64,000 bases of DNA, from UHGV virus genome UHGV-0219032; one strand, given 5' to 3'. This document shows, piece after piece, positions 8,348-18,857 of this stretch (position 1 is the first letter of the stretch; each line of letters opens with the position of its first letter). Position numbers and translations under genes: made by a program. The stretch comes from a virus. The notes below the pieces were generated by a model. The model had not been told where the DNA came from, did not search any database, and worked only from the letters and a program-made list of their open reading frames with translations.

Positions 8348-11300
8348 TTAAAATTCTACTTTACTCATAGATTTTATATAAGTATCAAATATTCCAGTTC
8401 CACCTTGCCATTTACCATCTACTAATTGTTTTCTTTCTTTAGTAATTTTATCATTTACAACTATAATATCATTATCATCTAATCCATCTAATATATCCTC
8501 TCTTTTAATTTTATATGTTTCAATCTCTCCATTTCTCATATTAAAACCTTTAAGGAAATATTGACTAGGAAATGGGTGTTCCAATGATAATACAAATAGT
8601 GCATCAAAATCTAACCAATCCATCTTTTTTGATGTTCTACCACATATCATTAGTTCATTTTTCATTTTTTCAACATATTCAAAATCATCTTCTGGATTTA
8701 ATATATTTATTTGTTCTTTAATTAAACTTATTTTTTTATCTTTAGTTTTTTGAGTTACTTTTTCGCTATATTTACAAGATTTATCATTAAAAAATATTTC
8801 AATAATATTCAATAAATATTTCTGTTTACCAAAATTTCTAAAAAAATCAATTTTAATTAATATTGATAAATCTTTTTGAGATAAAGATAATTTGTTTTCT
8901 TTAACAAATATTAATAAATCTAAGAATGTTCCAATATCATTTGGAATACATTTAAGAGCATTATCTGCATTTTTAGATACACCTTTTAATCCAGATAATC
9001 CTTCATATATAATATTTTTATCTTTATCATAAGAATATTCTTGAGAAAAGTTACCAAATACAGGTGATTCAATCACTATATCTGTTTCCTCTTTAATATA
9101 TGTATATATTGATTTTATTTTTTCTCTTTTACTTTTAAATGTATTTAATGATGCTGTTATAAATTCTTTTGGATAATAACATCTAAAATATGCACATAAA
9201 AATCCAGTAATAGTATATGGTCTTGCATGTGCAATATTGAAAGCATAGTTTTCAGCATCTCTCATTATTCTAGCTACATGATTTAAAACTTTATCTGTAT
9301 TTTCTCGAGTTTCTCCATAATGTTCCATAAAATATTTTGGGAATCTTTCCCTTAATTCTACTACTAATTTTTCAGTTCCGCCTTTTTTAGAAATTGTTTT
9401 TCTCGCATAGTCAGATTCAGCATTGGAATATCCACTAAATTCAGTTAAGAAATTCATAATATCTTCTTGATATATTAAATATCCATTATTATATGCAAAT
9501 CTCTTATTGACAATATCACTACCTGTATCATTTATTTTTCCACTAAATAATCCCTCTCTAATAGAATCTCCACATGGTCTAATAACTCCCGATACCGCTG
9601 TTGCGATATCTAACTTTTTCATTTTATCATTATTTTTCAAAGCTCTTTTTAAATGATTAAATGCTTGGTCTTTTTCAAATTGGAATATCATAGTTCCATG
9701 TTTAGAATTTAAAATATGATTCCAAACATTCATATCTTCAAAGTCTATATCATCTGGAGATGGTCTTTTAATACCTAAATATTCACATACTCTATTTATT
9801 GCTCCTATATTAGCTAATCCGAGAGCATCTACCTTTACATAACCCAACTCATCTACCTCTCTCATATCTAATTGAGTTACCCTTCTTCTTCTATTTAATT
9901 GTTTATCAAATGATGTTATGATTCCTATTTCTTTTTCTATATCTAAATCAGATACTAACATTCCACCAGCATGTATTCCAATAGACTTAATAAATCCATC
10001 TAAATCATCTACTTTTGCAAAGAAATCAGCATATTCTTCATCATCTCTATATTCACTAATATTTGCTAATATCTTTTCAACTTCACTTATTTCCATACCA
10101 TAACTTCTACCCATAGAACGAATAGCACCTTTTTCAAGGTCTTTACCAAATGTAATTATTTCAGAACAATTTAAACCATCTCTACCATAAAACCATTCTT
10201 TAGCTTCTTGTCTCCTATCACTTTCTATATCTGTATCAACATCGGGTAAACTTATTTTTTCTGGATTCATAAATCTAAAGAATAATGTTCCAAATTTAAT
10301 AGGGTCTATTTCTGTTATACCCATTAAATATGCAACTATTGAACCATTTACAGAACCTCTACCAAATCCTGGATATATACCATGTTCTCTTAATCCATTA
10401 ACCCAATCTGCAATCATTAACATATATGATGATGATTTAAGATTATGAATTACTTGAATTTCTTGTACAATTTTTTTAGCTATCTCATCAACACATTGAT
10501 TGCTATATACTGATAATTTCTTTTCATTAAATTTTTTTATACAAATTTCTGACATTTTTTTCGTTGCATCTTTATATATATTAGGCATTTTAAATCCTTT
10601 TTCTATGGTATATTCTTCAGCCATATCATATATTATATTTGTATTTTCTAATGCTTCTTTTGCTATTTCTGGAGATATACCAATATTTAATAATGCTGTG
10701 TACATTTCAGAATAACTTTTTAATTCTAAATCTAATCCATCTTCATAAGAGAATGGCATTTTTTCAGCCTTTTGTTTTTCTTTTCTTAATTCTCCAGACA
10801 TTTTATTATGATAATGAACGTCATTTGTAGCTACTATTTTAAATCCATATTCTCTACTTAGTTCAATAATAAAATTATTATGTTCGATTTGCTCTGACAT
10901 ATTATGTGGTTGTATCTCTAAGAAAAATCTATCTTTATTTTGTAACCCCCATTCTAATAATCTTTGGAAAACATAACTATCCTTATTATTTTTTCTTAAT
11001 GCTGTCGCTAAACATGCTGTTGATACCGCTACATTTTTACATTCAAATAATTCATCTATAAAAAATGTTGGTCTTTTATAAAAATGATTATCCTTATAAG
11101 CATTAGATATTAATTGATTTATTTCTTTTCTACCTTCATTATTTAATCCATAAACTAAAATATGATAGTTGTTTTTATCATCTTCATTAGCTCTAGTATA
11201 TCCTTCAAAAGCATGAACATATTTAAATCCACCCTCTTCTATTTCTTTTTTCTTTTTATACCAACCTAAAGTTGCTCCATGTTCAGTTATTATAATACCA

Positions 11301-11431
11301 TGTAATCCTTTTTCTTTTGCCACAGTAATATAATCTTTTGTACTACTTGCACTATCAGTTAGTATATTATTACTTAATTGTGAATGTATGTGCATTGATA
11401 CATATTTCATATTATTTATAATACCTCCCAT
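8348..11431 (-). CDS. dnaE: DNA polymerase III alpha subunit (DnaE/PolC-family, PHP domain N-terminus)
   Basis: N-terminal PHP motif SMHIHSQLS...GIIITEHG; 1027 aa; overall PolIII-alpha architecture. Confidence 0.75.
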   Translation of the reverse strand: MGGIINNMKYVSMHIHSQLSNNILTDSASSTKDYITVAKEKGLHGIIITEHGATLGWYKKKKEIEEGGFKYVHAFEGYTRANEDDKNNYHILVYGLNNEGRKEINQLISNAYKDNHFYKRPTFFIDELFECKNVAVSTACLATALRKNNKDSYVFQRLLEWGLQNKDRFFLEIQPHNMSEQIEHNNFIIELSREYGFKIVATNDVHYHNKMSGELRKEKQKAEKMPFSYEDGLDLELKSYSEMYTALLNIGISPEIAKEALENTNIIYDMAEEYTIEKGFKMPNIYKDATKKMSEICIKKFNEKKLSVYSNQCVDEIAKKIVQEIQVIHNLKSSSYMLMIADWVNGLREHGIYPGFGRGSVNGSIVAYLMGITEIDPIKFGTLFFRFMNPEKISLPDVDTDIESDRRQEAKEWFYGRDGLNCSEIITFGKDLEKGAIRSMGRSYGMEISEVEKILANISEYRDDEEYADFFAKVDDLDGFIKSIGIHAGGMLVSDLDIEKEIGIITSFDKQLNRRRRVTQLDMREVDELGYVKVDALGLANIGAINRVCEYLGIKRPSPDDIDFEDMNVWNHILNSKHGTMIFQFEKDQAFNHLKRALKNNDKMKKLDIATAVSGVIRPCGDSIREGLFSGKINDTGSDIVNKRFAYNNGYLIYQEDIMNFLTEFSGYSNAESDYARKTISKKGGTEKLVVELRERFPKYFMEHYGETRENTDKVLNHVARIMRDAENYAFNIAHARPYTITGFLCAYFRCYYPKEFITASLNTFKSKREKIKSIYTYIKEETDIVIESPVFGNFSQEYSYDKDKNIIYEGLSGLKGVSKNADNALKCIPNDIGTFLDLLIFVKENKLSLSQKDLSILIKIDFFRNFGKQKYLLNIIEIFFNDKSCKYSEKVTQKTKDKKISLIKEQINILNPEDDFEYVEKMKNELMICGRTSKKMDWLDFDALFVLSLEHPFPSQYFLKGFNMRNGEIETYKIKREDILDGLDDNDIIVVNDKITKERKQLVDGKWQGGTGIFDTYIKSMSKVEF

Positions 11432-11946
11432 AATTGTTTTTCATGTTCTGTAAAACTATATTTTCCTTGATACTTCCAATTATTTTTATAATAATAAGAA
11501 GCATTAAATTTTTCATCATTAAAGTATTCTCTCCATTCAGCTCTACTTTTAACCATATTTAATTCAATACATTTATAAAATTTTTCTCTTCCTTTTCCGT
11601 TTATCTTGAAAAATAATGGATTTTCTTCCTTATCAAAGCTATATGGTACATTATTTATACATTTTTTATCTCTTATTCTTTCTCTTATAATTGTAGTTGA
11701 TAATTTAGTTAATTTACATAATTGATTTAAAGTATATGTTTCGCCATTTAATAAATTGTAAATATTTTGATTTTGTTCTTGATAAAAAATATCATTTTTA
11801 ATAATTTCATTAAGTTTATCCATTTCTTCATTACTAAGTTTGTACTCTTTTGCTCTTTCTCTAAGCATATCAATTTCATATTGTTCCAAATTTAATTTTT
11901 GTCCACTTATAAAGCTAAATAAATTCATTAATTCACGAGCTGTCAT
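11416..11946 (-). CDS. hypothetical protein
   Basis: ORF overlapping polymerase start; no recognisable motif. Confidence 0.3.
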   Translation of the reverse strand: MTARELMNLFSFISGQKLNLEQYEIDMLRERAKEYKLSNEEMDKLNEIIKNDIFYQEQNQNIYNLLNGETYTLNQLCKLTKLSTTIIRERIRDKKCINNVPYSFDKEENPLFFKINGKGREKFYKCIELNMVKSRAEWREYFNDEKFNASYYYKNNWKYQGKYSFTEHEKQLWEVL

Positions 11947-12018
11947 ATGTTATTCCTCCTTTTAAATTATAATATAATTATAACAAAAAGAGGTTGAAAA
12001 GTCAACCCCTTAATTTTA

Positions 12019-12612
12019 TTATAATTTTTCTAAAAAATCTTTTCTTGCATTGGTATTATTCCAATATTCTTTTAATTCTTTTTTAAATGCTTCTGTTTCA
12101 TTATATCCACAACAATCAAATTCTGGACATAGACCACCTCTGTAAATACATTCCTTAACACAAACAGTTCTTAATTCTGGTTCATTAGGAGCAACAACTT
12201 CATCTAAAAACTTAGTCCATGCTTCTCTTGTTTCTGGTGAAGCTTTAGTACATAATCTTTTTCTTGATATATAAATAATAGCTTGTGCATTAGCTTCACA
12301 TTCATGGTTTACAGGTTCATCTTGTCTTAAAGCATTTCTATTTATACCAGTTCTATCTGTTCTTCTTGTTGAGACAAAATGTTCAATTCCATGTTTATGT
12401 CTAACAAAATGAACAGACACCCAACTTTTTAAATTTAACCATCTCCAACCAATTATTAATTTTCTAATTGGTGAATGTTCTGATATTAATAATCTTCTTT
12501 TATATTCTGATTCTGGGTATTTTCCTTTATTTAAATTAATAGTATTTAATGTGGCATTTTTAATAGTTTGCCATCTATCAACATAATCTCTCAATTCAAC
12601 TTTAAATGACAA
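12019..12612 (-). CDS. diverged ThyX-like protein (flavin-dependent thymidylate synthase-like) with C-terminal cysteine cluster
   Basis: VRHKHGIEHFVSTRR resembles the ThyX signature RHR-x7-S-xRY (RHK-x7-S). Located between nrdG and folD. Extra CxxC..CC cysteines are atypical. Confidence 0.3.
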   Translation of the reverse strand: MSFKVELRDYVDRWQTIKNATLNTINLNKGKYPESEYKRRLLISEHSPIRKLIIGWRWLNLKSWVSVHFVRHKHGIEHFVSTRRTDRTGINRNALRQDEPVNHECEANAQAIIYISRKRLCTKASPETREAWTKFLDEVVAPNEPELRTVCVKECIYRGGLCPEFDCCGYNETEAFKKELKEYWNNTNARKDFLEKL

Positions 12613-13090
12613 TTTTATCCTCCAATAATTTAGTTATATCAATTCCATTTTTATATATTTTTTGATTAGAAGAACCAAAATATCTATAATCTCCTTTTAA
12701 TTCTTCTTTATAAGCTCCACATATAATATAGTCAACATAACTAGCAATATTTAAATTTTTAATATAATTCCACTCGTAACCACTCCATAACCATATATCT
12801 TTATTTGGATATTTTGTTTTTACATATTCACATAATTCAATAACATCATTTACATTATATGGGGCTAATGGTTCTCCACCTAATATGGATAATCCACTTA
12901 TATATTCATTATCTAATAATTCTATAATTTTATTTTTTGTATTTTCATCAAAATTTTTACCATAATTTTTATCCCAAAGTTGAGAGTTGTGGCAACCATT
13001 ACATTGTAATGGACAGCCACTAACCCAAAGTGTGATTCTAATACCATCACCATTATTAAAATCACAAGTATCTATTTGAGTATATTTCAT
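12602..13090 (-). CDS. nrdG: anaerobic ribonucleotide reductase activating protein (radical SAM)
   Basis: GCPLQCNGCHN radical-SAM-like cysteine motif; size 162 aa; immediately downstream of nrdD. Confidence 0.8.
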   Translation of the reverse strand: MKYTQIDTCDFNNGDGIRITLWVSGCPLQCNGCHNSQLWDKNYGKNFDENTKNKIIELLDNEYISGLSILGGEPLAPYNVNDVIELCEYVKTKYPNKDIWLWSGYEWNYIKNLNIASYVDYIICGAYKEELKGDYRYFGSSNQKIYKNGIDITKLLEDKIVI

Positions 13091-13098
13091 TATACCAC

Positions 13099-15177
13099 CT
13101 ACATTGATTTTCTATCTTTTATTTCTGCCATTTTTGCATCATTAAATGTTCTATCTCCATTTTTTCTACTAAATCCAAGATAACCACATGTTCTATTAAT
13201 TTCAGTAATATTTTTACTTCCACAATGTGGGCAAGTTTCTCCCCAATCAGTTCCAGTTGTTCCACAATCCTCACATTGACAGGCATTAAAATTAACACCT
13301 TGATAGAATCCTAAATCCATTCCTCTTCTAATAATATCTTTTAATGCTTTAATATTTTTAGTATTTGGTATTCTAACATATTGAATGTGTCCGCCTGTAA
13401 CTAATTCAAATATATCTATTTCTTTATCCTGTTTTTCAAAAGGTGTTATTTCTTCGCATACATGACAATGAAATGAATTACTGAAATAATCTTTATCAGA
13501 TACACCTTTTATAGTTCCATATTTCTTTCTAAATTGTTCTACTTGAGTTCCACATAAACTTTCTGCTGGTGTACCATAAAGTGCATATAAGTAACCATCT
13601 AAAATTTTAAATTCATCAACTTTATTTTTTATATATTTAACAGTTGAATAAGCGAAACTATTATCTTCAGAAATAGGTTTTCCTGTTGCCAAAACTGATA
13701 ATTCATTTAAAGCTGTAATACCAAAACTAGCTGTTGCTGATTTTAATATAGGTTTTATTTTATCAGTTGGTTTTAAATTACCACCATATGCACCACCCTC
13801 ACAAAACATTAGTGGGTTAGAACTTGCTTCAGCTTTTCCTAAATATTCATATCTTTGAATATGTAATTCTCTTATCATTTGTAAATAATAATCTAAAACC
13901 TCATAAAATGGTTTATTTTCATATTTAGCTTTCATGTATATCATTGGTAAATTTAAACTAATAGCTCCTATATTAAATCTTCCAATAAATTGTAATTCTC
14001 CATTTTCATCTCTATAATCTGATAAATAAGCTCTACAACCCATAGGACTGACCCACTTACCTTCTCTTTTATGTAATTTTGGAGATAAGAAATCTGGGTA
14101 CATACATTTAGAAGAGCATTGTACTGCTAAATCAAATAACCATTCATATTTTTTACCTTTTCCATGTATATCTGGATTATATAAGAAAACAAGTTTAGGG
14201 AATATAAGATTTTTCTTATGTCCTTTATCTCCATGTCCTTCCATTCTAACTTCAAGTATTGCTTTGCATATATCAGCTTCTAATTGATTTTGAACATCTC
14301 CAAATGTTAAAGTAGTAAATGGATATGAACCTCTAGCACTAACAACTGTATTCATTTTTATTTCAAAACCTTGTAGAACTTGTTTTAATTCTATATATAC
14401 TCTTTGTTTAACTAATTCTAAACACTCTATATCCGACATATTAGAAATTTTACGTATATATTCATATTCTTTACGAATAGACATTTCATAATATTTTACA
14501 AGTATATTATGTACTTCTGGAATTGTATGACCTCCAAAATGTTGTGCGGATATAATTTGAACTATATCTCCCATTTGTCCAACCGCTGTTCTTATATCCT
14601 TAGGTTCAGTGTACTTAATATCCTCAAGTTTAAAACCACCATTCAATATAGCTTTCATATCACACAATGTACAATTATATTGCGGAAGCAACATATCAGA
14701 CAAATCATGAATATAAATATATCCATCTTTCATAGATTGAATAACATCAATAGGCAAAAACATTTTTTGATACATTTCTTTAGCAAATATTTTAGCTATT
14801 TCAGTTCTTTTTGTAGATATATACCTAGTATTACTATTACTGTTACTTCTATCAACTTCAGTAAGCATTGAATGTACTTGTCTTTCTATATCATTGATAG
14901 TAGAATAAACAAATTCTTTTTTATAATTTCTATAATCTTTATATGATTTTGCAACTGATGGAGCAATTAAATCTAAAGACTTTTCAACATAACTATGAAT
15001 AGTATCTACTGAAATATTAGCATTATCACCTATCCATTCAACAACATTATTACATATTTCTTCTTCCTGAATATTTGATAATACATATCCTATTCTTTTT
15101 GCTGATTTTCTAATTGCTGATTTTATTTTATCTTCATTATAATCTTCAATAGTTCCATTCTTTTTAATTACTTGCAT
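13099..15177 (-). CDS. nrdD: anaerobic ribonucleoside-triphosphate reductase
   Basis: N-terminal ATP-cone (VIKKNGTIEDYNEDKI), C-terminal zinc ribbon CQCEDCG...CPHCGS and glycyl-radical motif RTCGYLG. Confidence 0.85.
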   Translation of the reverse strand: MQVIKKNGTIEDYNEDKIKSAIRKSAKRIGYVLSNIQEEEICNNVVEWIGDNANISVDTIHSYVEKSLDLIAPSVAKSYKDYRNYKKEFVYSTINDIERQVHSMLTEVDRSNSNSNTRYISTKRTEIAKIFAKEMYQKMFLPIDVIQSMKDGYIYIHDLSDMLLPQYNCTLCDMKAILNGGFKLEDIKYTEPKDIRTAVGQMGDIVQIISAQHFGGHTIPEVHNILVKYYEMSIRKEYEYIRKISNMSDIECLELVKQRVYIELKQVLQGFEIKMNTVVSARGSYPFTTLTFGDVQNQLEADICKAILEVRMEGHGDKGHKKNLIFPKLVFLYNPDIHGKGKKYEWLFDLAVQCSSKCMYPDFLSPKLHKREGKWVSPMGCRAYLSDYRDENGELQFIGRFNIGAISLNLPMIYMKAKYENKPFYEVLDYYLQMIRELHIQRYEYLGKAEASSNPLMFCEGGAYGGNLKPTDKIKPILKSATASFGITALNELSVLATGKPISEDNSFAYSTVKYIKNKVDEFKILDGYLYALYGTPAESLCGTQVEQFRKKYGTIKGVSDKDYFSNSFHCHVCEEITPFEKQDKEIDIFELVTGGHIQYVRIPNTKNIKALKDIIRRGMDLGFYQGVNFNACQCEDCGTTGTDWGETCPHCGSKNITEINRTCGYLGFSRKNGDRTFNDAKMAEIKDRKSM

Positions 15178-16004
15178 TAATCCTCCTTATAAAACTTATA
15201 TACATTTTTAAATAATGATAATGTTGTAAGTATTCCAACACCACCAGGAACAGGTGTATAATTAATATTTGGATAATCTTTTTCAATTATATCTAATATT
15301 GGATATAATTCGCCATGTAATTTACCATTTTCTCCAACAAAAATACCAGTATCTATTATTGTTTTATTTTTAAAACATCTTAATCCATCTAAAACATTAG
15401 AAGTTAAATAATTATCTTTTCCTGTTGCTAGAATTATTATATCATTATCAAAAAATGATTTTTGTATATCTAATGGTGTTGATTTTGATGTTAAAATTTT
15501 TAAACTAGCAACCTTATCTATTAATAAACTAGCTAAAGGTTTTCCTACTAATTTTCCTCTTCCAATTATTGCTACATTTAAATTACATAAATTATCTCCA
15601 TGTAAATAATACAAATAATCTATAATACCTTTTGGTGTTGCTGGAACTACACCATTTATATTTCCATTATATATATCTCCATATTGAAAAAATCCATCTA
15701 CATCAAAACCATAATCTAATTCTTGATTCTCATACTCGATTAATAATTCTGTATTATCAACAGGTAATTGTAATATACAAGGATTATACATATGGAATCT
15801 AGGTGGAAATAAACCATCAACAACTTCAACATTAACACCCAACTCTTGTCCTACCTTAATTTTATTTTTAAGGTAGGATTTAGTTGCTCCATTTTTATCA
15901 TTAGAATAAATAGTTAATGTTGGATTTTGTTTTTCTATTTTTTTAAAATTTTCTTTTAATATCTCTTTTTCTTTTTCAACATACTCTCTAACATTTAACT
16001 TCAT
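15177..16004 (-). CDS. folD: bifunctional methylene-THF dehydrogenase/methenyl-THF cyclohydrolase
   Basis: VAIIGRGKLVGKPLASLL (Rossmann), TPVPGGVGILT near C-terminus: FolD hallmarks. Confidence 0.7.
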   Translation of the reverse strand: MKLNVREYVEKEKEILKENFKKIEKQNPTLTIYSNDKNGATKSYLKNKIKVGQELGVNVEVVDGLFPPRFHMYNPCILQLPVDNTELLIEYENQELDYGFDVDGFFQYGDIYNGNINGVVPATPKGIIDYLYYLHGDNLCNLNVAIIGRGKLVGKPLASLLIDKVASLKILTSKSTPLDIQKSFFDNDIIILATGKDNYLTSNVLDGLRCFKNKTIIDTGIFVGENGKLHGELYPILDIIEKDYPNINYTPVPGGVGILTTLSLFKNVYKFYKED

Positions 16005-16013
16005 AATTATCTC

Positions 16014-16523
16014 CTATTTTCCAGTTGAACCAAAACCATTAGAACCTCTATTAGATTCATTTACTTCAGATACTATTTTTATATTTTTATATTTTCTAAT
16101 AGCATTTATAACAACTTGAGCAATTCTTTCTCCTTTTTTAATATCAAATCCAATATCACTTGAGTTATTTAATATAACACCTATTTCTCCTCTATAAGCA
16201 TTATCAATAGTTCCTAAGATAGCAACCTTTGATTCTTTTAATGAAGCTCCACTTCTTGGTCTTAATTGTGCTTCAATAATTTCAAGATATTCACCTTTAT
16301 CTTCTGGTTGTGGTAATTCTAAATATACACCAGTTGTTATTAAAAATGTTTTATGAGGATTAATTCTTACAGATTGTCCTTCATTTAATAAAACTTTTTG
16401 ACCTAATTCATGATTTGGTTTTACCTCTCTATAACCTAATGCACATACATCATATCCACTATCAGTTTCATGAGCCGAATTAAACATAGCTCCATTATCT
16501 AATTTTACTTTTATTTGTTCCAT
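16014..16523 (-). CDS. dut: dUTP pyrophosphatase
   Basis: dUTPase motifs SGYDV, RPRSGASL, GTIDNAYRGEIG, RIAQVV, C-terminal RGSNGFGSTG. Confidence 0.85.
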   Translation of the reverse strand: MEQIKVKLDNGAMFNSAHETDSGYDVCALGYREVKPNHELGQKVLLNEGQSVRINPHKTFLITTGVYLELPQPEDKGEYLEIIEAQLRPRSGASLKESKVAILGTIDNAYRGEIGVILNNSSDIGFDIKKGERIAQVVINAIRKYKNIKIVSEVNESNRGSNGFGSTGK

Positions 16524-16579
16524 ATTTATACCTCCTAAAAATATATAATATTTATTATATCATATTTTAAATTATTTTT

Positions 16580-17578
16580 CTATAATTTTATCATACAATT
16601 TTCAAATAATTTTTCAAATATCTCCTTTCCCATATCAGTAGGAGAATTTTTACTATCTATTGGTAAATATTCTTTTTTCTCATCATATATAGCATATACT
16701 TCCATATCTGGAAACCATGATTTTATATCATTAGCTCTTTTAATATATTCTATAATATGTTTATCCTCATCATAAGCTAACACAACAACTCTTATACCTA
16801 AGTCATATAAAAGATTTATTTGGTTTTTATCAATATGAGACATACCAACACTTACTATTGGTCTAAATCCAAATGAATGAGCTTGTAAAGTTGATTTTTC
16901 GGCTTCAACTAAAACACAATATCCACATTCTTTAATATATTTTTGATTTTCATATAAACCATATAAATGTTCCCTTTTATTAAAAGGTAAAAGTGAAATA
17001 TATTTATATTTATAATCTTTTGAAATTTTCCAATTTGCTCTAGCTGTATTACCAACTATTTCACCTTTTAAATTTCTCCAAAGAATAACTACTCTATCAC
17101 TTTCTTCATCATATCTTATATCAAATTCACATTGGGTTGCTAAATTAATACCATCATTTCTAAACATAGTTGAAATGATAGGTTTATATTTTGATATTTC
17201 AACTTCAGAATAAATATTATCCCCTTTTATAAGATTTAATTTATCATTTAAATCTTTAAAAATACAATTATCATTTCTTTTAACAACATTTATGTTTTGA
17301 TTAGATATTCCTAATTTATTCTTTAAATCTATAATGGCATCTTTAAAACACATTCCAGTTTTATTCATTATTGCTGTTAGAATGTCTCCATGAGTATCAT
17401 CAGACCATCTAACATAAGATAATGAATTAATGTCTATTTGACAAGAACCTTTTGATTCATCATCAAATGCAAACATTACTCTTTTATTATTAGAATGTAT
17501 GTTTGAAAAACCATAAGACCTTATTATATCTTCTATTTTATTTGTATCACCACATAATAAGGCTTTTACAGCTTCCAT
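16580..17578 (-). CDS. DnaG-like primase, Toprim domain
   Basis: Toprim signatures VLVEAEKST (E) and LAYDED (DxD). Confidence 0.45.
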   Translation of the reverse strand: MEAVKALLCGDTNKIEDIIRSYGFSNIHSNNKRVMFAFDDESKGSCQIDINSLSYVRWSDDTHGDILTAIMNKTGMCFKDAIIDLKNKLGISNQNINVVKRNDNCIFKDLNDKLNLIKGDNIYSEVEISKYKPIISTMFRNDGINLATQCEFDIRYDEESDRVVILWRNLKGEIVGNTARANWKISKDYKYKYISLLPFNKREHLYGLYENQKYIKECGYCVLVEAEKSTLQAHSFGFRPIVSVGMSHIDKNQINLLYDLGIRVVVLAYDEDKHIIEYIKRANDIKSWFPDMEVYAIYDEKKEYLPIDSKNSPTDMGKEIFEKLFENCMIKL

Positions 17579-17604
17579 TTATTCCTCCCTAAGTAAAAGG
17601 GGCA

Positions 17605-18798
17605 TTATGCCCCCACATTATATCCAAAATTTATATATATCATATTTAATGTTTTATCACTTTGTGCCATTAAAGCATCTAATAAATTATCTTTTTTACT
17701 TTCTGCCATTAAAGCATTAAAATATTGATTACATTGTTCTATATTTTCACTTGGTAAACTATTTAACATTTTATCATAATAATCTATAAATTTAACTATA
17801 TCATCTTTTCTTTTTTCTTTTTTATCATCTTCTTTCATAACATTTATATTAAGAAGTAAATCACTAGCCTTTTTAGCATCTTCTTCTTTGGCTTTTTCTT
17901 CATAATTTGTTATTCCAGCTGACTTAGACATTTCTCTTTTAAATATTTCAAAGTATTCATCAATAGCTTTTTCAAAAGATGTTGCATCTATTAATTCTGG
18001 AACATTTACAAATGGAGATTTACAACCTTTATATAACCCATCAGAACTTAATCTAAGATATTTATTTGATGCTGATAAATTATTAATAGATTTACCTTGT
18101 TTTGTTGTTCCAACATTAACAACCTTTTCTTCTTTAGTAATAAAGAAAGATATATCAGCATCTTGTAAAAATGTTCTAGCATCATATTTTTCTCCACTAT
18201 CAGTAGATATAATTTGATATTCAGCACCTGTTGTTGGGTCTGTTTGAGATTTTATTCTAGCTTGAGTTATAGCATCAACTATATATCCAGCATTTCTTAA
18301 TTTTTCAACCACATCTTTTTTACTAACTTCTATTGATTTAGATACTGGAGAACCATAACCACCAAAACAAGCATTAAATGATTGCAACTTACCATTTTCT
18401 TGGAAATTTAATCTAATAACTTCTTGTTGTGCTAATTCTTCCATTTTAGTTGTAGTATCTATTCCTATTCTTTGAATTGGGAAATTTGGGTCATCTTTTT
18501 TAGCTTTTACTAATAAATCTACTATTTCTTTTAATTCTTCCCATGTTTCAACTTTTTCTTTTTTAAGACCAGTTTTTTTATCTATTGGTCTAATAACAGT
18601 CAAATTACCTAAATGTTTATATCTCGCTTCTAATGGTATAATAGCTACAATTTTCTTCCCAGCTTCTTGATTAAATTTTTGAGCTAAAACATTATATAAA
18701 GGTGATTTACCTACTCCAGACTCTCCAACTATTCTAAAAGAATAGCTATTTAGTGATACTTGTACTTGATTATCTTCCATTAAATCATATATATTCAT
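17605..18798 (-). CDS. P-loop ATPase, AAA_24/Sak4-like (RecA-fold), probable recombination/replication ATPase
   Basis: Walker A GESGVGKS near N-terminus, Walker B-like IGIDTT; neighbourhood of nuclease and resolvase. Confidence 0.4.
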   Translation of the reverse strand: MNIYDLMEDNQVQVSLNSYSFRIVGESGVGKSPLYNVLAQKFNQEAGKKIVAIIPLEARYKHLGNLTVIRPIDKKTGLKKEKVETWEELKEIVDLLVKAKKDDPNFPIQRIGIDTTTKMEELAQQEVIRLNFQENGKLQSFNACFGGYGSPVSKSIEVSKKDVVEKLRNAGYIVDAITQARIKSQTDPTTGAEYQIISTDSGEKYDARTFLQDADISFFITKEEKVVNVGTTKQGKSINNLSASNKYLRLSSDGLYKGCKSPFVNVPELIDATSFEKAIDEYFEIFKREMSKSAGITNYEEKAKEEDAKKASDLLLNINVMKEDDKKEKRKDDIVKFIDYYDKMLNSLPSENIEQCNQYFNALMAESKKDNLLDALMAQSDKTLNMIYINFGYNVGA

Positions 18799-18857
18799 TT
18801 GTTCCCTCCATTTTTATTATTTGGGTATCATATATTTCAATGATACCCATTATATTA

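Noticed and set aside
14509-14871. 120-aa plus-strand ORF inside nrdD
   Set aside because: Antisense to a well-supported conserved gene. AT-rich genomes generate such ORFs by chance.
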